From: Oopsacas minuta
Lineage: Eukaryota; Animalia; Porifera
Reading direction: 5' to 3'
Length of the DNA: 64,000 nucleotides
Assembly: GCA_024704765.1 (NCBI GenBank)
Contig: JAKMXF010000011.1
Location: forward strand, 479,557-543,556
Positions 11,106 to 25,000 of the stretch are shown piece after piece (positions within the stretch are counted from its first letter, which is position 1; each line of letters opens with the position of its first letter). The notes below the pieces were generated by a model. The model was not told where the DNA came from, did no database searches, and saw only the letters and a list, made by a program, of their open reading frames with translations. Position numbers and translations under genes: made by a program.

Positions 11106-12137
11106 TTAAAGAGGTTCTGATGGTAATTTTGTATGTAACACATGACTATCAGCTGCCTGTACAAAAGGCAATGGATTAGCACACAGCATTTCAGGTAAAT
11201 ATTGAAAAGCGGAGAAAGAATTTCGCTGTGGAGTAACACTATCAAATGAGAAATCAAGTGAACGCAATAGTTCCGCATCTTGAACTATAGTGAAAGGACC
11301 ATCAAATGTATATTGTGCTGTCATATGATTTCTACTAAGTCTGCACTCAATATTATTACTGTTTGAAATACGAATTAATAATAGAGGCAATGTGAGGAGA
11401 GATTTAGCACGATATAATGAATGCTTATTCCTAGAAGCAAGTTTATTATACATAAAAATTCTCTGCCTCATTTCACGTAGACTTTCAGTTTTCTCATGAA
11501 GCACCAACTCTTTATCCTCTATTGTAGATTTTATTAATTGCTTTAGCCCAGGACCGGAATTAGGTGTACGAACTTTGAATCCATCCCCTGCCCATGTAAG
11601 ATTACGTCCGTCTTTATTTATCAGTCCGATTGAAGTGAGAACATTAATACAATCATAGAGTCTACGTCTTACACTAGACTGTAGCATGGTCAGATTATGA
11701 TCTTTATTGCAGTATATTTCATTAAGAAGGCTCTCAGCTAAAGCACAATTGGTTAGAGTGTGTGCCATTTCAAGTTTGGAGCAGATGAGAGGAGTGAGAT
11801 CTTGTAGCCGAGCCTTGAAAATTGGAGTATTATTCATCTCATTAGGACAGCTACACAATATATTATGCTGTAGGTTATCTCTCTGATCGAAGAATCCCAT
11901 TAGAGTACTTGAAGGTTGTTGATATTGGATACCAGTTGGGGTCAATGGAATGGGAATAACTTGCTCTATTGTATTATCTTTCACAGAAGCTTGGTCAATG
12001 GTACAACCGAAATAAGGCAAAACTTCGTTCTTACAACTGCCCTCGTTTGGTTTAGAACGTTTGCTTATAGATTCATTATAGATATACTCATCTTCTTTGG
12101 AGAAGAAAGTCTCTTGCTTTGTACCGAGATTCTGCAT
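11106..12137 (-). CDS. Divergent transcription factor DP (TFDP)-like protein, intronless, 343 aa
   Basis: Winged-helix DNA-binding domain with DEF box VRRRLYDCINVLTSIGLINKDGRNLTWAG. It is followed by a coiled coil and a DP-type domain (LTLPLLLIRISNSNNIECRLSRNHMTAQYTFDGPFTIVQDAELLRSLDF, compare DP1 [49 protein letters not shown]). Confidence 0.85.
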   Translation of the reverse strand: MQNLGTKQETFFSKEDEYIYNESISKRSKPNEGSCKNEVLPYFGCTIDQASVKDNTIEQVIPIPLTPTGIQYQQPSSTLMGFFDQRDNLQHNILCSCPNEMNNTPIFKARLQDLTPLICSKLEMAHTLTNCALAESLLNEIYCNKDHNLTMLQSSVRRRLYDCINVLTSIGLINKDGRNLTWAGDGFKVRTPNSGPGLKQLIKSTIEDKELVLHEKTESLREMRQRIFMYNKLASRNKHSLYRAKSLLTLPLLLIRISNSNNIECRLSRNHMTAQYTFDGPFTIVQDAELLRSLDFSFDSVTPQRNSFSAFQYLPEMLCANPLPFVQAADSHVLHTKLPSEPL

Positions 12138-13094
12138 TGATTATATGTTAGCGGCTAATAATTAATAGAATATTAATTATGGAAAATGCCGGTTATATCG
12201 AAACTCAAGGACAGCGATAATTATTTCGGTAGAAGCGGAGTTTCAATAAAACAGATAAAATTATGTTACTTCGACGGTTTGGAACAATATTTGTATAATT
12301 TACTACTTCGATATACGCGGGTATTTCTATATATCCATGTCCGGTATAATGGGAGTTGAGTGTAGGAATAGTGGAAATAAGGTTTTATAGGATTAGTGTA
12401 AAGTGAAAGTTTAATCACATGCATAGTATTAACGTAGTTTATGGTTACAATTAACCAATTGCTCAAAAGTTAAATCTGCGGAAATTTCACTTGAGAATTA
12501 CGACCCGAAAGAAACCATGTAATATTCCCCCTAAAACTTACCAGCGCTCCATTTTTGCATTTTTGCAGGACAGCACCCCACTGGACAAATTACATATTTC
12601 ATAAGATTCAGTATTTTTGTTTTGAAAAGTGGATGCTGGGGCACTTTTCATAATTCAATTTTTGCATATAATATTTTTAATGGTTGTACTTAGCACATTT
12701 AGCAATTTCCTCAATGTACAATGGTTAATTCAATCCTAATTACTCAACATACAAATCTAATGGAAATCTGAAAGAATGAAAAGGAGCGGGAGGGGAGTGC
12801 GCTCCTTTTCTGTGTAAGGAGTGGAAGTTGGACTCCACTCCATTTGGGGCTAGGAGCGGGGAGCGGGGACGCTTCATGCTCTGCATTTACGTAGATACAT
12901 ACAATCAAAATTCTCAAAACATCAATATTACAGAAGTAAAATAATACATACACTATATATATATATATATATTTATCAAAGATTTACAGAAAGGGAGAAT
13001 AAATATACACAAAGTTAGAATGGGGGAAAACTTAAAAGATCCAATCAATAGGATAGCTAAATTTATGTAAATGGGTACTCATTCTTGTTACTTG

Positions 13095-16000
13095 TCACAT
13101 ATTGCTTTTCTGTATATGTCTCCTTATAAAGAATGCCGCGATTATTGCAACGATTAAGATTACAACAATAATAAGCAGCAAGAATACGATTACTACAATC
13201 AAAACACTTTCTTGAGCAGCAAAGTCAAATGATGCACTTTGGAAGAATGTGGTGGGCACAGTGATTACCGGAAGTATTAGATAGTGGGAGACAACCTCAG
13301 AAAATGATTCTGGAGAATATGCGAACTGCATGTCCACACGAATTGTATAGTTGAAGTTGAGAGTTAATCCTTTAATGTTGAAGAATAGCTTCTCAGTGGT
13401 ACCAGCGAAATATTCAACATCTTCGTATCCATAGTATATTAAGAATTTCTCATCAGAGAGGGGCGTCTGCTCTGCTAACAAACCCCAGGTAACCAGGATG
13501 GAAGTGTCACTAGATGTCACAGCTGTTAGATCAGTTATTGCTTGTGAGTAGGTTGCTAGAGAGAATAGAAAAGAATTTAAGTTTTCCTGATTAAATAATT
13601 ATTTTAAAGATACTCACGAGAAAGAGAGAGTTGGATTTGAATAGCTAGCCTCTGTTCATTGTACCAATCTGTCACATAGAACATGTATACTCCTACATCT
13701 GACTCATCAAAGGATAAGAAAGTAATTGAATTGTCAGATACATGAGTGTCATCAGGTCTCTGCCACTTCCCAACAAGATCAACTGTCATAACTACATTCT
13801 TTGTCTGAACGATAATATAAGCTGTGTTGCCATCAGAAGTGAGTGACTCGAATGTTTGTACTGTCCCTGTATCCACGCTTATGACAGGTACTCCTGCGAA
13901 GTGTAAGGATATGGAATATCATTGCATGAATTGAATGAAAAGTGACTATTGTTTAATAATTGTACAGAACAAACCTTGCATAGATATTCCAGCACTCAGA
14001 ATGCTTTCGCTAGAAGTTTGATCTAGACATTCCATTAGATAGGTGTCTGTGTATTTGAACAGATTTCCTACTTCAAATACATTTAGTGGATTCTTAAAAA
14101 TGGAAAATGAGTCATTCTTCATCCAAACGAGTTCAGAAGATGAGATGGAGTTGTCAGGTGTGTGACAGAATAGAAATATATCATTATCTACTCCGAGGGT
14201 GTATTGGTATGATTCAGATGTCTCGATTACTAAAATGAAAATATTTAAATTTGGCAGAAACGGAATATCTTACATAAACTTTGTAAGAAAATTATCCGGT
14301 TTCTACTGTAGAAATACACAAAGCAATGAATCCAGAAATATGTAACCTTGTATGAGAGTTGTATCCAGAACAGTTACAGTGTATGTATTGCTGATACCGT
14401 CTGGTTGTTGTGTCACTTCACAGCTGTAGTAACCTGGATAGTTTATGTCCACTGACAAAACACTAGCTCCGTCAGCATCAATTGCACCAGTTCTACCAGC
14501 ACAAATACCAGCTAGATCTCTGTAACTCCAGGCAACTACTCCATTCAAACAGTAGAGATCTGTGTTTGCATTCAAAATAGAATTTGTTGATAATGGTCCA
14601 TATGTTGTTGGATCAATCTTCCCTCCAAATTGATTCACTAAATATGATAGTGAAGATTAGAATACTTGTTTGTCAATGTATTTCAATTAGAAGTTTAGAG
14701 GCAATACCTGTAAGATCTATCTGAATAGCAAGTGTATCCACATTATCCAAATTAGTGACATAGAACTTGTATACCCCCTGATCAAATAGTTGAAATGTGG
14801 AGAATGTCATTGAGCTTGTTGTGACCCAAGAGTAATCTGGTAGACGCCATCTCCCGGCTAGATTAACAGATAGAGCTACATTCCGTGAGAGTAGGTCAAG
14901 ATAAGCTTTATTGGTGTCTTCAGGGAGTAGAGGGTAGGATACCACAGATCCTGTGTTCAGTGTTATGACAGGTGGACCTGTTGATAGGATTAGAATAATT
15001 TCAATACTGATACATATAATGATATACTTAAATCTAATACACAAACCTTGAATGAGGATTTGTACATTGAATATTGGAGTATCATCCAAGGCATCTAGAC
15101 ATTCCATTGTATGGGTGTTTCCGTCGTCAGGAATGTCTGCAATGTTTAGAGGGTTCTGTTTCCTCTCACTGGTATCCATCTCTCTCCAACCGATCTCTCC
15201 AAAGGGAGCAGAGTTGTCAGGTTTGTGACAGAATAGGAAAGCAATATCTCTGTCTATCTTGACAGTGTAAGTTAATGAATGTGCAGCCTCAACGACTGAA
15301 GAATAGAAAATATGAGAATTGCAAATATGAAAGCTTTGCTATTTGAATTTGACTATACAACTATAGTGTAACCTCGTTAATAGTTAGCCCAAAAATGGTC
15401 AAAATTTGTTCGCATTATCCGGAGTTCGTATTAACCAAAGTAATACCAATTGACTAACTATTGTAGAGACCTGATTTGTGTAATTAATTGTTTGTCTTGT
15501 CCGGAAATTCGCATTCCACTGTATGTCTAAACATAACACATTAATGTTGCATACCTTTGTACACTTCTGTATCCATGACTGCAATTGAATACGTCTTACT
15601 GACACCATTTTCAGATACATAACAGCTGTAGTAGCCTACTTTGTCTGTAGTCACGAGTAACGAACTAAACCCAGTGAAGAAATCAGTTTCAGCTGATTGG
15701 GATGTGTTCACACCTTCTAGATCTTCATACTTCCAGATTACCTCAGGAATATCTATCACATCTGTTATGCAATATAGAGTAGTATTGGTAGTCAGCACTG
15801 AGAGATCTTCCAAATAGTTGTATTCTCTTAGAGCAATCTCTTCTCCAAATGGATACACTAGAATATCATAGCTACAAATCAAATGATTGAATGACATTAG
15901 TCCCCTATATAATATTCGATAGTTAACTATGGATAATAGATTTGATTTCGTATCTGATAAGAAATCTCCCCCTCCAACCCAGCTATGAGTGTCTCAAAAT

Positions 16001-19000
16001 GACCTTAAACAATATCCAAGCAGATAAACAAAATATATTACCCATGGCTAAATACTATCTAGTATATATGTGGACCATTTTCTTCAAAATAATCCCGTTA
16101 TACCTGTAAGCTGGATCTGAATAGCTAGTGTTTCTATGCTCTCCCAATTAATAACATAGAATTTGTATATTCCCTGATCTGATATCTCAAAAGCTGAGAA
16201 TGTTATGGAGTTATCTTCAACAAATGTTCCATTTGGTCTCTGCCATCTACCAGCTAGAACGGTAGCTAGAATTACATTCTTTGTAAGAAGATTAATACTA
16301 GCTGTGTTGTCACCAGGAGTTAGAGAAGAATAACTCTGAACCGTTCCTGTGTCCAGGGTGATTTCGGGAGGACCTTGTTTGAAAAGAAAAAATGAGCATA
16401 AGCATAGTGTATCTATTTAATCCCTAACGACAGAATAACCCAGATATATACTTCTACTCAGTATTCTAATGTTATTCTAATCAACAAACCTTGGAACAAT
16501 ATGTCAACAACGAGAATAGTATAAAGCGCGTCATTATTAAAGCATTCCAAAGTTTGCTTTCCATCAACAGTTGCACTTAATCCACCAACGTCAAAAAGAT
16601 CTCTAGTACCTACCTGGGTATTAAAGCTGTACCAATAATAGGAAAAGCGTAGAACACTGTTATCAGGTTTGTTACAAAGCAGAGATGTATCTATTCTGTC
16701 AATACCCTTTGTATAAGTGAAAGAATTCGTATCTTCAATTACTAAAGTATAATTCTCGTTAAAATGAAGTGCTCGGGACCACAATTTCATGTCGTTATAA
16801 GCGAGTAATTCAATAACTTTCAAGATATAGAGGGGAAAGAATCACTTCGTTATAACGAGAGTTACTATAGAGATATTAAAAATGGAATTCGCGATTCAAG
16901 TCACAATAAGCTCACCAGTAACAAGTGATGGATCCTGCAGACTGAATATATAGCTTCTGGTTGTCGCCATAAGCGTAACCTGACATTCATAGTATCCTGG
17001 TTCATTTGTTTGTACTGATAGTATACTAATTCCTGTGTCAGGATCAGTTGTAGGAGATTTGGTAATTATAGGTTGATTACTAGGGTAGTAGAACCAATAT
17101 ACCGGGTCTAAAGCTTGGTACTCTGTTATGCAGTAAATCATTGTAGTAGCAAGTAAGAGAGAGTTGTCTTCTAAGGCGATGTATGTATTTGAATCAATCT
17201 TCTCTCCAAATGGATAAACTAAATATTTATAGAAAATATCAACTTTTCCAAAATAATACAAACAAGTAGGTGAGGATCGGTGAAATCATAACATTTGTAT
17301 ATTGTCTATTTTGAAGAGGCACAATTCGCAATCTAAACCACGCGAATTGGCTTGTGACTCTAATTGCTAATGAAAATATACGTAGTATTGCAATCACATA
17401 CCTGTTAGTATTATCTGCATAGCTAGCGTTTCTTCATTATCCCAGTTCATTATATAGAACTTGTATAAACCTTGATGGGTTGTATCAAAAGTTTGGAATA
17501 TTATTGAATTGTCTCCCACAAATGTATCATCTGGTCTCTGCCATCTACCAGGAGTATCTACATGCATACCTACATTTTCTACCATTAGGTTAACAAATGC
17601 TCTGTTGATATCAGGAGATAGTAGCTCGTAATAGGACGTGGTTCTTTCATCCAGTATTATGACAGGTGGTCCTGTAGACAATAGTACATTTTAGCTAATT
17701 CAGTTAACATAAAGTCATTAGCATTCCATGAATATTTACAATATACTCTATTCATATTTTATGGGTAAATATATTTAGTGTTCGCTTATTTACGAATTGA
17801 AATTGGCATGAACCTCCTTAACTTGTGATCATAGGAAGTACAATAACACCAGCTAAAACCGCTCCGTTTTGCTCCACTGACGACAGGAGGGGTGTATTAC
17901 AGCCTATGGGAGGGTCCACAGGATGTGTTATAATAGGTATACGGGGGTTCACGGGTGAAAAGGTTGGGAACCATTGTATAAAAGCAATTGAATGGAACAA
18001 ACCTCTAATAAGGAGATCAAAATAGTGTAACGATTGTCCACCAGTGATAGAAGTACACTCAAATTGACGATTCATTCCAATATTGGGTAAATTGCTTATT
18101 TCTAATGGGTTAGTTACTTCTTCACTTGTGGTAAGATCTGTCATACCAGTCTCAGAAAAAGCTACCATACTATTGTAACAGAATAGGAAAATATTGTCTG
18201 CATCTACTCCAATGGTGTATGTATATATTTCTCCACCCGTTTCAGCTAGATAATTGTAATTCATAATTTATGTATTTAAGTTCGGAAATGTTGGACAGTT
18301 GGAAAGTATGAAAAACATAAACATAAACAAACTACACAGAATAAATTATGCAAACTATAATATCTACCTGTATATATTGATGTGTTAAGAATTGCTACAG
18401 TATAAGTATATCCGCCATCTTCATTCACTTCACAGTTGTAGTATCCAGGTTCATCTATGCCTACTGTTAACAAACTAATCCCAGTCTCCAGCTCAGTATC
18501 AGCTTCTAGATTACTAATTGTGCCATCTAGACTCACGTATCTCCATGTTACAAATGGATTGCTAGATCCATCTATGCAATATAGAGTTGTACTAGCTGTA
18601 ATGATAGAATTGTGTTCGATGCTTTCATAAATATTTGCAGATAATTGCTGTCCAAATCGATACACTAAAAATTCGTTGATCATTTATAGCATATTTAGAT
18701 TGCATTAGTTTACATATATTGATCATAAATAATACATACCTTTTAAGGTCAGGGAAGCAGCAAGGCGTTCAGTGTTCTCCACATCAGTGACCAGAAAAGA
18801 ATATACATATCCATCAGAAAGTTCAAATGTTGGGAATATAATAGAGCTACCATCTCCAACAAGTTCATCATCTTGGTTTGTCCATCTACCAACTAAATTA
18901 GAACTTAGGACTACATCTGTGGCTCTATAGTTAATGCTATATTCATTTTCTATTATAACATTAGTCTGAGTATCTCCAACATCAAGGGTTACTTCAGCTG

Positions 19001-22000
19001 GACCTGAAATTTGGTATTTTACTCAAAATAACAAATAAAGTATATCAAGATAGAAAATAATTATCCAGCGATTATCGTTAGAAATTTGATAGGAATTTGA
19101 ATATAAACCAATTCGATGACCAAACAAGTAACAAATCTATATTTGTAAATCACAATTGTTGTTTGTTTGTCCGTTGTCAAGGAAAGGATTTACGGTATGC
19201 AATTTTGAAATTGTCGCATAACTATGTATTTGCTTCCTTGATGTTTATCAAGGAAGTAAATAGAATTCAAATAAAACTTCACTAAATATATCGAACATGC
19301 TGAATCCGATTTTCACACTTTTGGATTAATCATATGTAAATTTATTGTTGTTGTTTTATGAATAGCAAACCAAATAACAAATTAGCAAAATCTCAAATAT
19401 GAGTACAGGCTTGCTACAAAGGGAGTTGATCTTACAAAATAATTCAATAAGGTATATGCCATGTACGTATATTTGTGAATTACATTGTTCTCAATATATC
19501 TATATTATAATACTCAAAGGAGGCGTCAATTTGGAGAATAATGGATATCTTGAGGCGTAATGAGCAGAGTTCATCGCAAAGCGATGAGCGAAAGGCTCGT
19601 AAAATATAAAATTTGTAGACATGCTGAGCACTTTGGCAAGTTCTTTCATGTAATTATATTTAACAAACGTTGAAGTATGAGATCTATATTCAATATTGTC
19701 ACATTGGCACGTGAATCCAAACATTCCATTATTCTTCTTTCCCCATCTATCTGTAGATTTGATATTTGTAGAGGATTAGAATAGATATTATTTGTACCTA
19801 ATTCTCTCCAAAAGATCTTCTCAAAAGGCACTGAATTGTCAGCTTGGTGACAGAATACATATCTAGGTTCAGTATCTATACCTTTTGTGAATGTGTAAGA
19901 TTGTGAAGCCGAAATAACTGCAAGAAATACAAAAAAGTTTCAAGAAATATTAGATAAGTTGATAAATTGTATATTTGATATACAAATATAATTACAGTAG
20001 ACTCTCCATTTTCACAAATCTGCTTAACAGAGGGGTCATTTCGTGACGGAAGGGATCGCGGGACCAGGCCATATTCTCCGATAAACTGGAAAAAAGATGT
20101 TGGCTCTATTAACCGTTAAAAGCAATTTAACACTAGCTATTTGGGACTGTTTCTGGCCAAGAGTGACCCGATTAACGGGTGGATAATAAGTGGAATCCAT
20201 CGTAATTACATCAAATTTATATATTTAGAAAACCTGAAATTTCATTCGAGGTTTCATCAAACGCAGCTGCAGTGTATGTGTTGATAATATCACCGTTTTT
20301 GGTCACAGAACATTCAAAGAAACCCTCATCGTAACTTGTCAAGGAAATTGTAGTGATTGTTGTTGTGATTACAAGTCGTCTCATTCTCAGCGACTCAATC
20401 ATCCCTGCAAAGTTAATTCTTACCCAGCTTGCAGTTGTATCAAGTTCACCCCAGCAGTATAGATCGTCATTTAAGGATACTATTGAATTGTCATCCAGAG
20501 GTATATAATTGGAACCACTTTGTATTCCGAATGGATACACTAAATGAATATAGAGGTCAGGTATCAGACTGGGGGAAAACATAGATACAAGACCTTTCAC
20601 ATCCAAAAGGAAAAGTGAAATCCTGTATCAAATCTTGCATATACAGTAACTCTGTCTAATCAGATTATCCGAACCTAATTAATCTCAATACGAACAGGGT
20701 TATACAACCTTTGGAAAATGTTCTAAAATGTTCTAAAATGTTCAAAAAGTGCTAATTCCATCCAATTCTACTGTGGCACATACATAATATTATATTACAC
20801 ATGTTGGAAGCCTTTTCATCGATGGTACAACTTATGAAAATTTTACACCTATATCCTAAGTATTATTTCAATCATAGCCATGCTATGCTTCAATGTATTC
20901 ACTAATCTGAACGAATTATTTAGCTCTTGGGACAGTGCTGTTCGGATTAGCTGTATTATACAATAGATTTGAGTTAAAAAGAGTATTTCTTCATAAAAGG
21001 AACAAACCTAATATTTCGATCAGATATGCTAATTGTTGTTCTTTATTCCAATTAATCACATAATATGAGAACAATCCCGCAATATTTTCATCAATTAGAT
21101 TTAATGCTAGTGGATTTGAATTTCCTGCACGGCCAGCAGGAGTGATCCAATCCAGCAATGAATTTTGTAGATTGATGGCAAGAAGTAAGTCATCCTGGTA
21201 TCTAACATATACTGTATTGACTTTAGGAGGAAGGAGAGGGTAGCTTTCTCCATAAATTGTAACTACAGGTCTACCTGTGAATACACAAAAATATAATTCA
21301 TATGGATATCATGTGTCAAATGTTGTATTATGGAAAACAGGGAACAACTGTGCCGACCATACATTAGTATAGTGGTTTTGTATTAGCTTGGAGGATGGTC
21401 ATTTTTAGTGAAGCTCTTATAGGGAGATACCGCATGGAAGATATGCGACGTCCATACGTCCGGCCATCAGCGCGGTTGTGCTAAATCTAGCAGCACATTA
21501 TCAAGAAAATTGATACCCATATACATTTTGGGTTGGAGATTTGCACCTCGGGTATGAATGTTTGATAAATGAAACTTCACACCTTTCTGGTGATTAATCA
21601 ATCGTGTTTTCACAACTTTCTAAGTAAAATAACACAAAAACCAATACACTCATTGGAGAAGGTGAGTTTCAATCACTTTCCATGAATCCGAAATAACCTT
21701 CCTACAAATTAACAAAAAACTGTACTATACTACAGCTATATAAAGAAATCTCTATGAGAAATACTGTCGAGTTATTCAAGTAACATTACCCTGTATAGTC
21801 AGATCTACAGCAAATAGTGTTATATTAGTGCTAGTATCAACACACTCTATCTGGTAGCTGTTTATAGGAAGGCTAGTAACATCCAGAGGATTTGGCAGGT
21901 AAACAGATGCACTTTGTCTCCAGCCAATATTTTCAAAAGCTATTGAGTGGTCAAAACTGTGGCAGAATAATGAGATATCTTCTCTGTCTATCCCGTGTGT

Positions 22001-25000
22001 GTACGTATAAGTATCTTCAGCAGAAATTACTATAGAAAACATAAGAAATGTTTTAGTGTTAGATAATCAGAATGTGGAGATTAGTAGAGTGCCAGAAATC
22101 TCAAGTGACGGTGATCAATTGAGAAGCACAGCCATGGCCTCAGACTGGATAGGAGAGGCTCAGGCCATTTGGCTATCTTCCCGAAAATGAGTACATATTA
22201 TCAAATATTTGTGATGATTATTCGATGAAATTTCAATTTTTGGAGGCCCCCTTAGAGCGTGAGGCCCAGGCCTAATGGCCCTACTGGACACCTCTCAGAG
22301 GACCTAAGTACAGGCATAAATACAACAACATACTTGTAGTGATAGATGGCTCCAGAAGTGCTGCAGTATACTTCTTCCGTTCTCCTCTGAACTGTGTAAT
22401 TTCACAGCTGTAGTATCCTGGATTATTTATATCGATATACAATGAACTAGCCCCAGTGGTAGCATTTGTTGGAACATCATAAGTACTCATTGTCCCATCT
22501 AGACCGACATAGCTCCAGATAACTCGTGGAGTACCTAACGGCTCTGTAATACAGTGTAGAGTACTTGAAGCTGTCAGAATTGCATTGTCATACAAAGCTG
22601 TGTATCTGTTAGCTTCGATAAGTTTACCAAATTGACTCACTAAAGAAAATATTATAATTATAAAATATACAAATCAGATAAGACGTATTATCCGAGTTCC
22701 GCTGAATTTATACAACATTACCTTCATTTGTGCAGAAGTAACAATTGTTTTGAATACTACAATCGATAGAAAACCAACCAAGGTCAAGTAAAGCAAAACA
22801 GTGATCCTGACTCCTACGAGATCTAACGCGTTCGTTGGTTTCAACACTTCTACGGCGAGCCCCTGGAAAGAAGTTAATATATGTAACGCGACTATCATCA
22901 ATCCAAGTAAATTGGTTTGCCTGATCCAAACCTATCCAACAAGAATTCACATCATTAGTAAATAGACTTAACAACAAGTTATTCTCTTTACTAGAAGATA
23001 TTGAAGCTAGATCTCCCCTATTTGCTTCACAACTTGATTGAGCATCATACCAATCTATTCCATCACCATTGTATGTATATGTGAAACAATCTCCGTCATC
23101 AGATATTACGTCACATCCAAGTAGCGGATCTACAAAATTATTTATTCAATAATCTACGAAATTTGCAAACTACAGAATTGCCCTGAATAAGCGCCGGAGT
23201 ATTCTACTGCACGATAAATCTAGAATTACAATCTCTGCCTACAGCATACAGGGCCGATAATACCCTGAGTGTCCTGTGTGTTTGGACACTTACTGCTACG
23301 AAAGACTTTCACATTACCTTCTATGACAATGGTTGTTTAGATACCCACTCTACATCCTCATGGACACCCATTGGCTCTAATAGGCAGCGCCGGCCATAGG
23401 ACATAGCACGTACCACTATTGAATTTATATTTTTAGTCGCACTAAAATTGGAGGTACTATAAGACAAAGATTTTACTCCAATAATCATAGTGCTTCCAAT
23501 TAATAGCGTCACTGTGAATACATTCAAACCCCATTTTCAAAATTTCATCCTCGTCTCTACATTAGAATTTTGTTAGAGTCCTTCTTCCCTTCGCATGATT
23601 ATTATTCAAAATAACTTTGTCATTACCTGCATATGTGATTGGAGCAAGTATTACAGAAAATGATTTGGGTCCATCGTTAGGATTCACATTACAAATGTAT
23701 GATCCTGGATTCGTTATGCTTAAAGTCAAAGCACTTACTCCCTTGCTGGAACCTGTTCTACCTGGTATTGTTGTAGCAATACCGTCCACATCAATATACA
23801 CCCATTCAAACAAATTTACGTCCTTAGTACTTGATACACAGTGAATGGTTTGACTCTGTGTCAGTATAGCGTTGTATGGTAATGCTTCAATATGAATTGT
23901 ACCGACATCATGTCCAAATGGATCCTCTAAACAATTACAATAAGTTAAAGAGAAGTTTACCGTATTTACTATAATCTCTAATGAGTTTACAGTAATTGAA
24001 TGCATCATAGAAAATTTTGTGGATTTGGAACTACAATAACGTAATAGAGATTTGATTAACTACAAAAAATAGCTTTGTATAGGCTAAACTGGGTGGGTAT
24101 TAAAATGGTATTTCAATATTTTGTGATTTTTCTCAACTTTATATGTCTTCTAGATTTTCGTAAGTAAAATAACAAATTTAGCTAAAACAGAGCTCTTTAC
24201 AATTTCCTGATTTTGTTAGATCTAATTACATCATAGATCAACAATTCTTACATGTGTTCATGACTACTAGCTATTTCAGATAGAAACTTTAGCAATTTTC
24301 CAATTTTGAGAGTTGAATAATATAAAATTGTGACCTGATAGAGCATAATAGAATTCAGATTCGGAATCAGCATAATGGAGGGTACATAATGCAATTTATA
24401 GTTTCAAAGAAGCAAAATTTTGTATATTGACAATGAAATTTAGTAAAAATTACCTAAATATATTCCTGTCTCCAATAATGCTACCGTATATGTCCTAAGG
24501 ATCCCATAATCTTGAGTAACATCACAGCTGTAGAACCCTGGTGCATCCAACTCAATATCCAACTTGCTAATACCAACATTATCAGTCGTGGTTGAAGCGA
24601 TAGATCCCTTAGAACCAAACAGGTTATCCAAATCCAAATAATACCAGCTGACTTGTTGCCCTAGCTCTGTAACACAAAATAGTTCTGAATCTGAGGTTAG
24701 GATTGAATTATCTTCCAAACTTTCGTACGAGTTTCTTGAACGCCCAAAAGGAGTTACTAAAATTAGCAAGCAAAATGTATTGTAAATGTTTTACTTAAAA
24801 CATTAAACAATCCCTATAACAAATATACTGTAGAAGAGCCTATGAGGCTATGACTGTGCTTATATTTTGAAATTTTGTTATCAAACTTTACCTGGAGAAC
24901 TGCAGAAGAAACATTGCCTATAATCACAACAATCTACATCATACCAATAAGAGTCTGGAGTTATTTGTGCACAGTCCTCATCTCCAGTGGCTTCATCTGG

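Noticed and set aside
11106-12137. Calling this gene E2F
   Set aside because: The C-terminal half aligns with the DP domain rather than the E2F marked box, and there is only one DNA-binding domain (so not E2F7/8).
12744-12953. ORF as the cytoplasmic exon of the receptor
   Set aside because: The receptor frame has already stopped at 13095, there is no good donor before the stop, and this GC-rich CCCCGCTCC stretch looks like repeat DNA.
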